A stretch of 61,479 bases of DNA, counting the filler, from Catajapyx aquilonaris (lineage: Eukaryota), in NCBI GenBank assembly GCA_000934665.2. It is 3 parts of 3 records of this genome, joined end to end, with 100 filler letters (N's around TTAATTAATTAA, not from the genome) between each part and the next. Parts side by side here need not be neighbours in the genome. Positions count along the whole stretch, not along the records: positions 1 to 20,383 come from KZ539506.1; 2 more parts are not named here. One strand, written 5' to 3'. Numbering within the stretch: the first letter of the stretch is position 1; every line of letters begins with the position of its first letter. Under the pieces are notes generated by a model. That model did not search any database. It was not told the DNA's origin and worked only from the letters and a program-made list of their open reading frames with translations. This document shows positions 1 to 14,700 of this stretch, piece by piece. The position numbers and the translations under genes are program-made.

Positions 1-356
1 CCCCCCCGACTAGCTATTCGTAACGACACACGAATCTATTCGTAAATAGAACATGGTTTATGATTTACGGAGCTATAAATAATAGTACGGCTATTGGGTC
101 GGCTTTCTTTTGAGTATGACCCTATTTGTCGAATAGCTATTAGTCACATGGGAAAAGAAAGACCTCGGGGTCGTGTGTGACCACACACTGGGTACACACA
201 AAGCCGTGGTCTTGACGCCCGCAAACATGATGTCATCAAATATGTAGTGCTTTGCTAATAATTGATAACTATTGAGTAGCCTTGGGTGTCTTGACGCTGA
301 GGGTCACAACCAGCTAAAAATGTCCAGGTAATACCATAGGCCTACCCTTCGCATAT

Positions 357-1380
357 ATGGCACATCAAAAAATATCAAAAAAATATCTGAAAACATCATC
401 GGTGATGTCACGGCCCATATTGCGCAATATTTCATATAATATTTTGAACTTATCGGATAAAGATCACAAATATCTCGATATTATCAGAGAATATCATAAG
501 CATCAGAGAATATCAGACGGAAAATATCTGGAAATATCGGAAAATATAGGATATGTAGGAAAATATCGGACAAACCAGAACAATCTGGAAAATATCACAA
601 ATTATCGGGAAATATCAGAAAATATCTGATATGTAGGAATATATGGGAGGAATCAGTACAATCAGGAAAATATCACAAATTATCGGGAAATATCAGAAAA
701 TATCTGATATGTAGGAATATATCGGACAAATCAGAACAATCAGGAAAATATCACAAATTATCGGGAAATATCAGAAAATATCGGATATGTAAGAAAAATC
801 TGGAAAATATCAGAAATTACCGGAAAAGATTAGAAATGCCACACCAAAACGGTCCATGTCGTACCATACCCCTCGCATATATGGCACATCGAAAAATATC
901 ATAAAATAGAGAAAAAGATAGGAAAATATCGGTGACCCCATGTTCGATATTGGGCAATATTTCAGGTAATATTTTGAACTTATTAGATAGAAATCAGAAA
1001 TATTTCGAACGTATCGAATGAAGATCAGAAACATTTTGACAATATCAAATAAATTCTTGCAAATTGTCGAGATAAGAAATATCTGGATAATATCAGAGAA
1101 TATCAAAAACATCTGGAATAATCAAATTATTATCGGAAAATATCGGGTATGTAGAAAATATCGAACAAATCTGAAAAATCTGGAATATATCATATTATCA
1201 GAAAATATCAGATACGTAGGAAAATATCGGACAAATCAGTAAAATCTGGAAAACATCACAAATTGTCGGGGAATATCAGAAAATATCAAATATATAGGAA
1301 AATACCGGATAAAATAATCAGAAAAATCTGGAAAATATCCCCAATTATCGAAATAATCAGAAATCAGAAATCAAAAACTC
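357..1380. repeat. Degenerate AAATATC(G/A)G satellite
   Basis: Repeated ggaaaatatcacaaattatcgggaaatatcagaaaatatc...atgtagg units. Confidence 0.85.
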
Positions 1381-2104
1381 TCAATGTAGTGCCATACCAC
1401 TCGCAGATGTCACCACCCAGACAAACAGAGGCACAGACTACTTAGCTCCAGTTACCACACCCCCTCACATATACGGCGCACTCCAGATAGAGGCACAGAC
1501 TGCTTGCTCCAGTGTTGCCATTTGTCACCCATAAGATTGGCCAGGATTGGCACGAATCAATTACCTGGAAGGAACTTATTGGAAAAAATGGCGCTGGGAA
1601 GGGAACCATGATGCCTGCCAATCGATGTCAATTAGGGGCTTCTTCCACCTTTTCCCTTTAAAGGATCTTCTTCCGACTCGGTTGGCACCCTGATTGCATC
1701 TCTAACCCAGGGTCCGCCATCAACATCTTTCAATTATTGGGAAGGGTATTGCCACCTGAGGCTGTGTTACTACAGGGGGTTTCAGTAGTCGGATCACATC
1801 TCTTGGGAGGTAGAGGGCGGGGGATGGCGGGAGGGGAGGGGGAGGGGGAAAGACAATTATGCAAATTTTGAGGGAGCGATGATGATCACCTATAGTAACC
1901 CCTTCCTGATAATACCGGTAGTAAATGGGAATGCAAACCATAGCATGCTACACACGTTGTCAGGGTGCGGCTTGCTGATCCCTAATTGCCGGCCCATCAA
2001 GCTATGCTTCTGATCACCATATCCATAGTTTCCCCAGGTGATATATCGATTGGTACATCTGGTTCAAGCTGGGTTAGGGACTAGCATAGTAATAGGACAG
2101 GGTG

Positions 2105-3995
2105 ACGTCATGGGAGATATTGGGCAATATTTCAGATCATTTTCAAATTATCGGGGAAAATATCTGAAAATATCGGGAAATATCATTAATATCGGAAAAT
2201 ACAAGCAATGTTATTGCCGATATTGCGAAATATTTCAGATAATTTTGAAAATATCGAAAAATATCATTAATATCGGAGAATATAAGTGATGTTATGGCCG
2301 ATTTACGAAATGTTTTAGATAATTTTGGAAATATCGAAAAATATCATTAATATCGGAGAATATAATTGATGTTAAGGCCGATATTACGAAGCATTTTAGA
2401 TAATTTTGAAAATATCGAAAAAAATCATTAATATCGGAGAATATAAGTGATGTTATGGCCGATTTACGAAATGTTTTAGATAATTTTGGAAATATCGAAA
2501 AATATCATTAATATCGGAGAATATAATTGATGTTAAGGCCAATATTACGAAGCATTTTAGATAATTTTGGAAATATCGAAAAAAATCATTAATATCGGAG
2601 AATATAAGTGATGTTATGGCCGATTTACGAAATGTTTTAGATAATTTTGGAAATATCGAAAAAAATCATTAATATCGGAGAATATAAGTGATGTTATGGC
2701 CGATTTACGAAATGTTTTAGATAATTTTGAAAATAGCGAAAATATCATTAATATTGGAGAATATAGCGAAATGACGTTAAGGCCGATTTACGAAATATTT
2801 TCGAATATTTTAGATAATTTTGAAAATATCGAAAATTTCATCAATATCGGAGAATATAAGTGATGTTATGGCCGATTTACGAAATGCTTGCGATAATTTT
2901 GAAAATATCTGTAAAATGTCATAAATTATCGCGAAAATACCATAAAATCGGAAAGTATCGTTGATGTCATGGCTGATATTGGGCAAGATTTCAGATAATC
3001 TTGAGAATACCGGGAAAATATCGTAAGATGTCGGGGAAATATCATAAATTATCGGAAACTATCAATATATCGAGAAAATATAAATCAAATCGGAAAGTAT
3101 CGGTGATGTCATGGCTGATATTGGGCTAGATTTTAGATAATTTTGATAATATCGGGAAAATGTGATAAATATCGGAAAATATCACGAAAAATCGAATATT
3201 ATAAACTATGGGAGTATCGTTGATGTCATGGCCGATATTGGCCAATATTTCATATATTTTGAAAGTATATTATCGGATAAAGATCACAAATATCTTGTTA
3301 ATATAATAGAAAATCAGATAGTATCAGGAAAATAAGGGAAATATATGAAAATATCGGACAAAATAATATTATAAACTCGGTATGTATCGGTGATGTCATG
3401 GCCGATATTGGGCAATATTTCAGATAATATTCAGAAATATTATGGAATAAAGATCACAAATATCTTGTTAATATCAAAAAAGATTATGAAATAGTCGAAA
3501 AAAGATCAGAAATATCTGGATAATATCAGAAATATTCAAGGAAATATTATTGTAAAATCACAAATTATTATCGGAAAATATCAGAAAATATCGGACCAAT
3601 ATAATAAAAATATCTGGAAAAGTCTAAGATATGGATAATATCACAATATTATTTAAAATCAAATACATTCGAAAAATTTGAAAAATTGAAATTATCGGAA
3701 AATAAGCTATCAAAAAATATCGGATACATAGGAAAATCTCAGACACATGCAATAAAATATCGGGAAAATTGTCCAACATTTTTTGATAAGTTCCAGATTT
3801 TAATAATATTATATGATTTTACGATATCTTCTGATATGACCCATACTTTTCAGTTTACATATCCGATATTTTGCTGAAAGTATTCCGATATTTTGATAAT
3901 ATCATACACTATCGAAATGATATTTTAAAATATCGAAATAACATCAGCAAATATCTTACGTTAACATTAAAAGTATCAGAAAAATATCGACCAAA
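2105..3995. repeat. Tandem satellite (atcattaatatcggagaatataagtgatgttatggccgatttacg...), degenerating distally
   Basis: Near-identical units at 2260-2900. Confidence 0.9.
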
Positions 3996-4339
3996 TTTAG
4001 ATGACTCCTAGCCAATTATGATTCGTATATGACTGTACATCATTGGCCGTCTGCAAATTTTGCTGAAACCGGAATTGCATCAAAATTCCATCCTCGTTTT
4101 GGACTTTACCGCTCCGACGCCTTGGTGCATTTTCTGCCTGATGAGGAAGTTGGTCTGTATACGGCGCCCGAGAGAACAAGTTTGTGTTCCTAGGGAACAA
4201 AATTTCATTTTGCAAACTTCATCTCGAAATGAATGTAAGGCAATAATAATCCTTTTGCTTCAGATCCACTTTGACGGGGGAATAAACACAAAATCTGGAG
4301 GCAATGGCGCTTTTCCCTTGTCACAAGAAGTGTCGGAGT

Positions 4340-5800
4340 TGGAAATATAACTCGAAATATCAGAATAGAACGAGACTTATCGAAACAAAGCGGAAATTAT
4401 CTATATATTACTCGAAATATCGAACTAAATCACAATTTATCACAACCAAACGTGAATTGCTGATAATGAATCTGAAATATCGAAACAATAAGGCCTATTC
4501 GATATACCAAAATATCGAAAACAAAATTGATATATCGAAATAACACCAAAATATCGAACTAAAACTTGAAATATCGAAATAACACCAAAATATCGAACTA
4601 AAACTTGAAATATCGAAATAACACCAAAATATCGAACTAAAACTTGAAATATCGAAATAACACCAAAATATCGAACTAAAACTTGAAATATCGAAATAAC
4701 ACCAAAAATCGAACTAAAACTTGAAATATCGAAATAACACCAAAAATCGAACTAAAACTTGAAATATCGAAATAACACCAAAATATCGAACTAAAACTTG
4801 AAATATCACATTAAACCGCGATTTATCGTTACAGACCGGCAACTATCATACACAAAATATCGCACTGAAGCTGGAAATATCCTACTAAATTACAATTTAT
4901 CGAAACCAAAACGCGAATTATCGATCATGGATCTGAAATATCGAAACAATAAGGCCTACTCGATGTTCAAAAATATCGAAATCAAAATTGGGATATCAAA
5001 ATAACACTAAAATATCGAACTAAAGCTCGAAATATCGAATTAAATCGCGATTTATCGTCACAGACCGGTAATTATCGATCTTACACAAAATATCGCACTA
5101 AAGCTGGAAATATCGTACTAAATTACAATTTATCGAAACCAAACGCGAATTATCGATAATGGATCTGAAATATCGAAACAATAAGGCCTATTCGATGTAC
5201 ACAAATATCGAAATCAAAATTGGTATATCAAAATAACACTAAAATATCGAACTATTGAAGCTGGAAATATCGAACTAAATTACAATTTATCGAAACCAAA
5301 CACGAATTATCGATATTGAATCTGAAATATCGAAACAAAGGGCTATTAGATATGCCATAATATCAAAACAGAATTTGATATAATTTTCAAAATAACAATA
5401 AAATATCGAACAAAAACTTGAAATTTCGAATTAAATCGCGATTTATCGTAACAGTACGTGAATAATTATCGATATTAAATCCAATATATCGTAATAGCAC
5501 CCCAGATCCCAAAATAATACTCGAAATATCGCAACAGAATTTTACATACCGGTATCGAATTATAACTCAACAATATCGAACCAGAATTTTACACAGTATC
5601 GAAATATAAATCAAAATATATTGAACTAAATCTCAAAATATCGAGACGATATTTATCTAAACAACAATATCTATATCAATATCGATGTAGAATTAGACAT
5701 ATCGAATTTACACCCCAGACACCAAAATAGAACTCAAAACATCGATTCCCACTTATCCATATCGAGTTCAAAATATCGGCCATCGATACCGCCAAAAATA
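4340..5800. repeat. AAATATCG satellite including a ~39-bp near-perfect array (4530-4810) and a longer duplication
   Basis: aaatatcgaactaaaacttgaaatatcgaaataacacca repeated ~7 times. Confidence 0.9.
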
Positions 5801-5820
5801 CTGTTGAAATATGTACTCAC

Positions 5821-5991
5821 GTAAACGGCGAGGGTCCACCTGCAGCAGGGCATGATGGTCCGCTGCGATGACCACTCCGGACACAAGATAACCTAAGGCT
5901 CAGTGGCCTGGGGTCACGGGAGTTTCGCCGGGTCAAGGTCAAGTGGGATCATGGTTGGGGTCTCCGGGGTTCATCCCATTCGACAAGGAAA
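5821..5991 (-). other. Candidate isolated exon (5'UTR plus MPCCRWTLAVY, 5853-5821) inside the satellite region
   Basis: GC-rich unique island bounded by acceptor tttctttgcag and donor gtgagt on the minus strand; an ATG reads 11 codons exactly to the donor. Confidence 0.35.
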
Positions 5992-6559
5992 CTGCAAAGA
6001 AACAAATTGCTCATTAAACTCATTTAACTAGCTAATAAATACATAGTGACATTGCGCGAGTGCACGTTAAAGATCCCCAGAGTGGCAAAAATTTCCAGGA
6101 AGCGGATCCGAGAAGGTCAGACAGCGTTCTGTAGACTGTTTCCTACCAATATTCCTTACTCGTAACGGTTTTTGAAACGAAGATAATTACAGTACACGTG
6201 TCTCATTGTCTGACCAAGCACGTCAATCCCTCTGTATGCTTTGGATTCAGGAATTGTCAACACGTTCCGACAGGATAATAGGTATCCAGTCGTTAAATTT
6301 AACGGTCACAACTCTAAGCACGTGTTGACGCCGGTTACTAGGAGGTGACATTGCGCATAAAATCTGTGTCAACACCTTTGCGTAGATACCGCTGACTCAA
6401 CACCAGGAGGCATGCGACAATTAACGCTTACGAGCAAAGTCACACTTATAGGAGTACTTACATGGGGACATTTTCCACTAAAACTGACTATTTTCCCACT
6501 TAATCGTGTAATTTTTATGGTCGATTTTCCCATCAAAATGATTGTCATGTAATATGGGC

Positions 6560-7616
6560 AGAGAATTAAGTGGAAAATGTAAGCGGAAATTGAAATGGAA
6601 AATATGTGGAAATTTAAGTGGAAAATATAAACGAAAATTGGAGTGGAAATTATGTGGAAATTTAAGTGGTAAGTGTAAGCGGAAATTGAAATTATGGGAA
6701 AATTGAAGTGGAAAATGTAAGCGGAAATTTAAATGGGAATAGTGTGGAAATTTAAGTGAAAAATGTAAGCGGAAATTGGAATGGAAATTAAGTGGAAAAT
6801 GTTTGTGGAAATTGAAATGGAAATTATGTGGAAATTTAGGTGGAAAATGTAGGTGGAAATTATGTGGAAATTTAAGTGGAAAATGTAAGCGGAAATTGAA
6901 ACTATTGAAATTATGGGAAAATTGAAGTGGAAAATGTAAGCGGAAATTGAAATGGAAAATTATGGGGAAATTTTGGTGGAAAATGTAGGTGAAAATTGAA
7001 ATGGAAATTATGTGGAAATTTAGGCGGAAAATGTAAGCGGAAATTGAAATGGAAAATTATGTGGAAATTTTGGTGGAAAATGTAGGTGGAAATTTAAGTG
7101 GATAATGTAAGCGGAAATTGAAATGAAAATTAGTGGAAAATTCTTACCGACTATACGTATAGACTATCATTTTACTTTCATTGCATAAGTGGAAAAGTAT
7201 TTCATATAAATGTGTAAGTGTTTTACAGTTTCGGCCGGTTTCCACTTAGTAAGTGATCAAAAAGTACATTTTTTTCCACTGATAATCAGTGGGAAACCCC
7301 GTTTTATCTCTGAAAGCCGCCCTAATTTCAACTTTTAAAAAATTAGAAAATCAGTTTCCAATGAATTATTTTAAGTGGGAAGCGGAAAATATGCCTTCAC
7401 TTCGACTTACATTAGCGGGAAATGAAATTTGCACTTTTTAAGCGGAAATGATGACGGTTCTAACAGTAAGTGGAAATGTGCCTTTTCCCCCGTATTGTAA
7501 GTATAGAAACTGAAATAGTGTAATCCTCCCACTGAATAATTTTAACTGGAAATTTCATCCACTTATTTCATAAGGAAGTGGAAATCCTTCCAGTTAAATA
7601 AATTTTCCACATCCAT

Positions 7617-7651
<35 letters not shown>

Positions 7652-8310
7652 CACAACCACATAGCAGGGCAGCGCCCTCTTATTTTTCCACTTCAATGTC
7701 ATGTAAAAGATTTCGCCCACATAAATGAGCATCCCATTTTGGTTTCCACTTAATTTAATTTTCTAATTAAATTCCCACTTAAAGAAATTTCCTCTTAAAT
7801 TAGATTTCCACTTACTTTTTCACTTATTTTCTATGCAAGATTTTCCACCTACTTTTCCACTTATCCTCTATACAAGATATTTTCCACTTAATTTTCCCTT
7901 ACAGAAATTTTCCACTTAAATAAGTTTTTCTTCCATCTAAATATCCAAAGAAATCTTCTCCTCAAACAGGTTTTCCACTTACTTTTCCACTTATCCTCTA
8001 TACAAGATATTTTCCACTTAATTTTCCCTTACAGAAATTTTCCGCTTAAATGTTTTTCTTCCATCTAAATATCCAAAGAAATCTTCTCCTCCTCAAACAG
8101 GTTTTCCACTTACTTTTCCACTTATAATCTATACAAGATATTTTCCACTTAATTTTCCCGTACAGAAATTTTCCGCTTAAATGTTTTTCTTCCATCTAAA
8201 TATCCAAAGAAATATTTTCATCCTCAAACAGGTTTTCCACTTACTTTTCCACTTAAATACGTTTTCCACTTAAATTCCCACTCAAGTTGACTAAAAGGAT
8301 CATACTACGT
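6560..8310. repeat. GTGGAAA array (6560-7140) and oppositely oriented TTTCCAC array (7740-8290)
   Basis: Same core motif in inverted orientation on either side of a mixed centre. Confidence 0.85.
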
Positions 8311-8849
8311 GGAAAAGTAGTGTACACACCCCTTGGTACCGATGACTTTGCATACCCCCTTTTGGCAATAGGGAGGTAATGAAGCCAACACTTTGAAGCC
8401 TTAACTTCCAGCCAATCCGATATCTTGAAAAGCGGCTGAGGGTTTGAGGATGGAGGATGTCTTCAGGGAAAATGGATGGGCTGCTTTGAGGAAGTCAGCA
8501 AGCGGAGGGCAATAGATTTCAATTAGGCTACTGACAGGGTCAAGTGCATGGCAAAATCCCCTCCCTCCCCCCTCCCCTTCCCCCCTTGTAAAGAGTAAAA
8601 GGGGGGAGCAAATTGCTCGCAAATTTCCAGCCCATGATGCGAATGCTAATCTGTTGCATGCCTTTCAATCTCATGCTGGGTAGGCCTAACGTTGATTAAT
8701 GAGCAGGGGGCTAGAGTAATCGTTACGGCAATATTCATTACCACAACTCGATACACCCGAGTCATTTGACTCCAACAGTCAAGTGACTATTGCGTATAGT
8801 CCACTGACCATGATTGAACGGTTTTCCGTTATTTCTTCGTTTATCGTCA

Positions 8850-9700
8850 GCTATTAGCTATTTATTAGCAAATAGCTATTAGTTACAAGTTAACAGTTAC
8901 TCGTTGACAGTTATAAGGCCATGTTAGATATTAGTTATTAGCTATTAGTTAAAACTTTCAGTTCATAGTTAATAGCTACTAGTTACATATGAGTTGTTAT
9001 TAGCTGTTGGCTATTGGTTATTAGCTGTTATTAGCTATTGGTTATTAGTTAAATCATTAGCTAATAGTTAAAGCTATTAGTTATTAGTTAGCTGATAATA
9101 ATTAGTAATATTAGCTGACAATAATAATTAGTAATAGTTAGCTGATAATAATTCGTTAACAGTCAAAGCTATTAGTTATTAGTTAATAGTTAACTGATAA
9201 TAATTAGTTAATAGCTAAAGTTATCGGCTAATAGTTAGCTGATTATAATGAGTTAATAGTTAAAGTCATCCGCAAATAGTTAGCTGATAATAATTAGTTA
9301 ATAGTTAAAGTTATCAGTTAACAGTCAAAGCTATTAGTGATTAGTTAAGTTAGCTGATAATAATAATAATTAGTTAATTGTTGATAATTATTAGTTAAGA
9401 CAGTTAGTTGATAATTATTAGTTAATGCAGTTAGTTGATAATTATTAGTTAATGCAGTTAGTTGATAATTATTAGTTAATACAGTTAGTTGATAATTATT
9501 AGTTAATGCAGTTAGTTGATAATTATTAATGTTATATATTAGTTATTGGTTATAAGCTAAACTTAGTCCATTTTAAATATATTATATTAGTCTTTAATAG
9601 AGTCTGTTAGTTAATAGTTAACATTATTAGTTACTCATCATTAGTTAAGAGTTAGCATTATTATGTACTAGTCACTATTAGTCATTATTATTAGTTATTA
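8850..9700. repeat. TTAG(T/C)TA-rich AT satellite
   Basis: Includes a 27-bp gttagttgataattattagttaatgca array at ~9400-9530. Confidence 0.85.
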
Positions 9701-9742
9701 GAATAACGATGTAGCAACCGCTAGACGGGGTTGAGTTGGGAG

Positions 9743-10140
9743 TTTGGCCGGTAGATGGAGTTGGTGCGTCTACATCTGGAGGCGGCCCAGGGTGGAGGCT
9801 ACCTGCTTTCGTGGCGCACCCTGGCAGGAGGCTAGTCTGAATAGACAAGTTGGGCGCAATCAGTGTATTTTTGACCCACGATCACGATTGTGTGACCTTT
9901 TGAGGCCAGATGACCTAAAGTGGTCAGAACAAGCCGAGTTATGAATTTGGCCGGTAGATGGCGTTGATTATACATCTGGAAGCGAAGTCTGGGAGGAGGC
10001 TACTAGCTTTGTCAACAGTCGTGGGACAGCCTGGGAAGCGGCTAGTTTGAATCGACAAGTTGAGCGTAATCGGTGGGTTTTTGACCCTCGATCACGACAG
10101 CGTGACCCTTTGGAGACAGGTGATGACCTGTGAGGTCAGG
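9743..10140. repeat. Diverged ~200-bp direct duplication
   Basis: tttggccggtagatgg...gacaagttg.gcg.aatc...ttttgaccc.cgatcacga at ~9743 and again at ~9946. Confidence 0.75.
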
Positions 10141-10939
10141 AAATGACCAAATGAGGTCAGAACTCACATTAGAGTGAACCTAGAACCCTCTAATCATAGA
10201 TCTGACCTCTCGTCACCATATTAAAATCAGCTCAACAACAATAGGCCTCTTCAAAATTTCCAACAATAGCCTCCCATTGTTCCCATCAAAGTCCGGTTCT
10301 TAAAATTCCACCTCCAAAGTCCGACTAAGAGACACTTCGAAAGAAAAGAAGTGGGGCGGGGGCCCGGGGGGGGGGGGNGCCTTAACCCCCCCCCCCTCTC
10401 TACCAGAAGAAAATAATCGATGCTCTCAACTGCAACAATTCCTCCGCCTTCCATCTTCATTAATCACAGAACAATAAGGCGGTCTTCACCAGGGGCCTAG
10501 GAACCGCTTTTGTGCTTACAACCAACGGGCCTTCACTAATGACCCAATTGAAGGGACGCTCTTCTTCATCATCAAAAAGCCCTGGAAGAGGGGGGGGGGG
10601 CAGGTAGCATAAATTGGCTCTCAGGAGGATTAACACTAGGGGCAACCCTGGGGTTCAAAACTGCTGGTAGAGAACTGGAGGAATCCAATGGCTAAAAGAG
10701 CACTTGGTGGACCAATGAACTGGGGATTAGCTAAAACCACATTTGGAGCCTAGTGTTTGTTTAGGTCAGGTGCACTTATTGCAGGTTGTGGTGGTAGATG
10801 GCAGCACATGGTGTGGATTATTTTGCGGGTTTTTGGAGGACTTGTGAGGATTGTCTGCATGACTTTTATACCTAGGTCATTACTCTTGACCCTGCAGTAG
10901 AACAGCATACTATAGCCTCAACTTAAGCTGTTACAACCC

Positions 10940-12050
10940 GACATATCGAAAGAATCGTAAATATATAACAAAATATCGGAAAATATCGGAATAATTTCAG
11001 CAAATATCGGAGTAATATAAGAAAATATCGGAGGAGTAACACTGAAAATTTTGGTAATTTTCCAGCTCATATCGGAATATAAAATATCGGAGTAGTATCA
11101 GAAAATATCGGAGTAGTATCAAAAAATATCTGAGTAGTATCAGAAAATATCTGAGTAGTAACAGAAAATATCTGAGTAGTATCAGAAAATATCGGAGTAG
11201 TAACACTGAAAATATTGGGAATTTTCCAGCTCATATCGGAATATAAAATATCGGAGGAGTATCAGAAAATATCGGAGTAGTATCAGAAATATCGGACAAG
11301 TAACATTAAAATATTGGAAATTTTCCAGCTAATATCGGAATATAAAATGTCGGAGTAGTATCAGAAAATATCGGATAAGTAACACTGAGAATATCGGAAT
11401 ATAAAATATCGGAGTAGTATCAGAAAATATCGGACAAAACACTGAAAATATTAGAAATTTGAGACTTTTTCGAAGAAAAATCTTATAGAACGGCTCTGTC
11501 TGTCCGTCTGTCTGTGAACAGGTATCAGACAGAGCCGTGCTATAAGACTTTTCGAGCCCCCCTGGCTGCCCCCTCCCTCATCACCCCCTATCCCTGACCG
11601 CCCATTCCCCCAGACCACACGGACAGAGCCGTGTACCTTTTTCCGAATTTCGGGTTCCGGGTTCACTCCATCCGTCCCTTCACCGTGGCTGCTCCCTCAC
11701 CCCCTCCCTTGCCCCCTCCCCCTGACCTCCCAGTCCCCCCGCCTCCCCTTCCCCCAGATCACCCTTTCCCCCCTCCCAGCCCGTGACTGACGTTGTGGAC
11801 AATAACAGTAAACATGAAAAAGACAACTCTAATCACGCTCACGTGATTTACCAATCTATTTTCAGCAAATATCGGAGTAATATCAGAAAACTTCAGAGAG
11901 CTTTTTCAGCAAATATCGGAATATAAAAATATTGGAGTAATATCAGAAAATATTGGAGAAGTAACACTGAAAGTATCGTAAAATTTTCAGCAAATATTGG
12001 CCGGAGAAGTAACACTGAAAGTATCGGAAAATTTTCAGCAAATATTGGAA
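10940..12050. repeat. 21-bp aaatatcggagtagtatcaga satellite interrupted by a C-rich island (11460-11860)
   Basis: Tandem units directly visible. Confidence 0.85.
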
Positions 12051-12899
12051 TAACCTAAATCAATATTAGATATCCACGCGAGCGTGATTCGAGTAAATTT
12101 TTTCTCATTGTGTAAGTTTTGACCTTCCTAGGTAATATCTGGAACTTCCAAAGGGTCGCTCAGGGTTGCCCACAACCTGATGATACAGACTAGCCGCGAC
12201 TTAAGCTGTCACACGACTTGTTGTTACAAAGGTAGCCTCCACCTAGGTCCAATCTATTGTGTGAGTTCTGACCTTCTTAGGTCATACCTAGGACCTACCA
12301 TTATGCGGCTTTTTAGAGATTTTCGAATGCAAGCACTGCTGTACTGCCACGGACGGACGGAAATTTGTCTATAACTGGTTCTAATACCTACAACTCGGAA
12401 TTTTAAAATTTTTGTAGCATACAGTGCTATACTACCTATCAGTGTGCCAAGTTTCAGCTGTCCGAGTAGTCAGGAAGTAGGTCAAACAGCCCGAACAGAC
12501 ACACAAACGTACCGCTTTTTATCAAGATTTCAGAAATTAATGAACGATTAATCGATTTTTTTTGCACTGTTTGTAACTAATTTATCGATTGTCCACTGTG
12601 AAGAATTTATAAGCTCTTATTTGACTTAGACAACACCCCTTATTCAGCATCCGGTTAGATGTTGACCACGACTGTGACCATATTTCATTCCAATGACGTC
12701 AGGGTCAGATCAAGTCAACAAAAACATGTCCTAATAAACAAGAAGCTTGTCGCCATTCATCACTAGTGGCCCAATAAATCAAGCTCCTGGTATTAATTTG
12801 CTGTCGTTAGGTATTACTACAAAAATTAACATAGTTGCCGATTTGTGATACAACCGGTAGTGTCCCTGGTGGCAAATGTGTGAATTTTGTGTCGTCAGT

Positions 12900-14700
12900 G
12901 ATTATCGACGACAGCAGTATCGATCACTCACCGTTATCGATACGGACGATTAATGTGTAAAAAATAATTCTTATTCTCTACATATTAAAGTGGTCAGTTT
13001 CAATAGTTCATACTATCAGGTTCGTAAATTATCGATACTTCTATTACGATCGGGTAAAAATATTATTTTCAAATTCGCAGGTTTGCCGCCAGCGCAGCGC
13101 CACTGATCAGGTGAGAGCACTGTGGATAGTTTGGAATTGGAAAATAATAGTTTTATCCGATCGCGATAAGAGTATGGATCACTCACAATCCTGATAGTAA
13201 CATATCGGCTATCGATATGCAAAAATTATGATTATTCTCCACATAAATAGCCAGTATCGATAGTTCATACTATCAGGATTGTCAATGTTCGATACTGCTA
13301 TTACGATCGTGTGTGATCGTTAGTACTATCGATGATCGTTGTGATCACCAGAACTATCCCTTCCGACACGTTTGCCGCCAGCGCAACGCCACTATAATCA
13401 GGTGAGAGCACTGTGGATAGTTTGGAATTGGAAAATAATAGTTTTATCCGATCGCGATAGGAGTATGGATCACCCACAATCCTGATAGTAACCTATCGGC
13501 TATCGATATGCAAAAATTATGATTATTCTCCACATAAATAGCCAGTATCGATAGTTCATACTATCAGGATTGTCAATGTTCGATACTGCTATTACGATCG
13601 TGTGTGATCGTTAGTACTATCGATGATCGTTGTGATCACCAGAACTATCCCTTCCGACACGTTTGCCGCCAGCGCAACGCCACTATAATCAGGTGAGAGC
13701 ACTGCGGATAGTTTGGAACTGGAAAATATTTTTATCAGATCGTAATAGCAGTATCGATCACCCAGTGCCATCCTGACAGTAACCTATCGATACGGACGAT
13801 TTATATGTACAAATTATTATTCTCAACATCGATAGGTCATACGTACTATCACGATCGTCAATGATCGATAGGCCTACTGCTATTATAATCTGGTAAAATA
13901 TTATTCTCCACATCGATAGGTCATACTATCAGGATCGTCAAGGATCGATACTGCTATTACAATCTGGTAAAAATTATTCTCCACATCGATATACTATCAG
14001 GATCGTCAAGAATCGATACTGCAAGTACGATCTGGTAAAACATTATTCTCCACATCGATAGGTCATACTATCAGGATCGTCAAGGACAGATACTGCTATT
14101 ACAATCTGGTAAAAATTATTCTCCACATCGATATACTATCAGGATCGTCAAGGATCGATACTGATATTACAATCTGGTAAAAAATTATTCTCCACATCGA
14201 TAGGTCATACTATCAGGATCGTCAAGGATTGATACTGCTATTACAATCTGGTAAAAAATTATTCTCCACATCGACAGTTCATACTATCATGATCGTCAAT
14301 AATCGATACTGCTATTACGATCTGGTAAAAAATATTATTATTCTCCACATCGATAGTTCATACTATCATGATCGTCAATAATCGATACTGCTATTACGAT
14401 CTGGTAAAAAATATTATTATTCTCCACATCGATAGTTCATACTATCATGATCGTCAATAATCGATATTGCTATTACGATCTGGTAAAAAATATTATTATT
14501 CTCCACATCGATAGTTCATACTATCATGATCGTCAATAATCGATACTGCTATTACGATCTGGTAAAAAATATTATTATTCTCCACATCGATAGTTCATAC
14601 TATCATGATCGTCAATAATCGATACTGCTATTACGATCTGGTAAAAAATATAATTTCCCCCCTTATTCCAAACTATCCAATGCTCTCACCTGATTCTACC
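12900..14700. repeat. ATCGAT satellite: ~290-bp unit x2+ (starts 13081, 13370, 13661), then ~79-bp unit array
   Basis: ttctccacatcgatagttcatactatcatgatcgtcaataatcgatactgctattacgatctggtaaaaaatattatta in tandem. Confidence 0.9.

Noticed and set aside
357..5004. Short Ile/Lys/Asn-rich ORFs
   Set aside because: By-products of satellite sequence.
8850..9700. Telomeric (TTAGG)n array
   Set aside because: The core is TTAGT/TTAGC; there is no TTAGG run.
12900..14700. CRISPR-like regular repeats (also 2260-2900 and 40967-41150)
   Set aside because: Units are contiguous with no unique spacers, there are no cas genes, and the context is eukaryotic.
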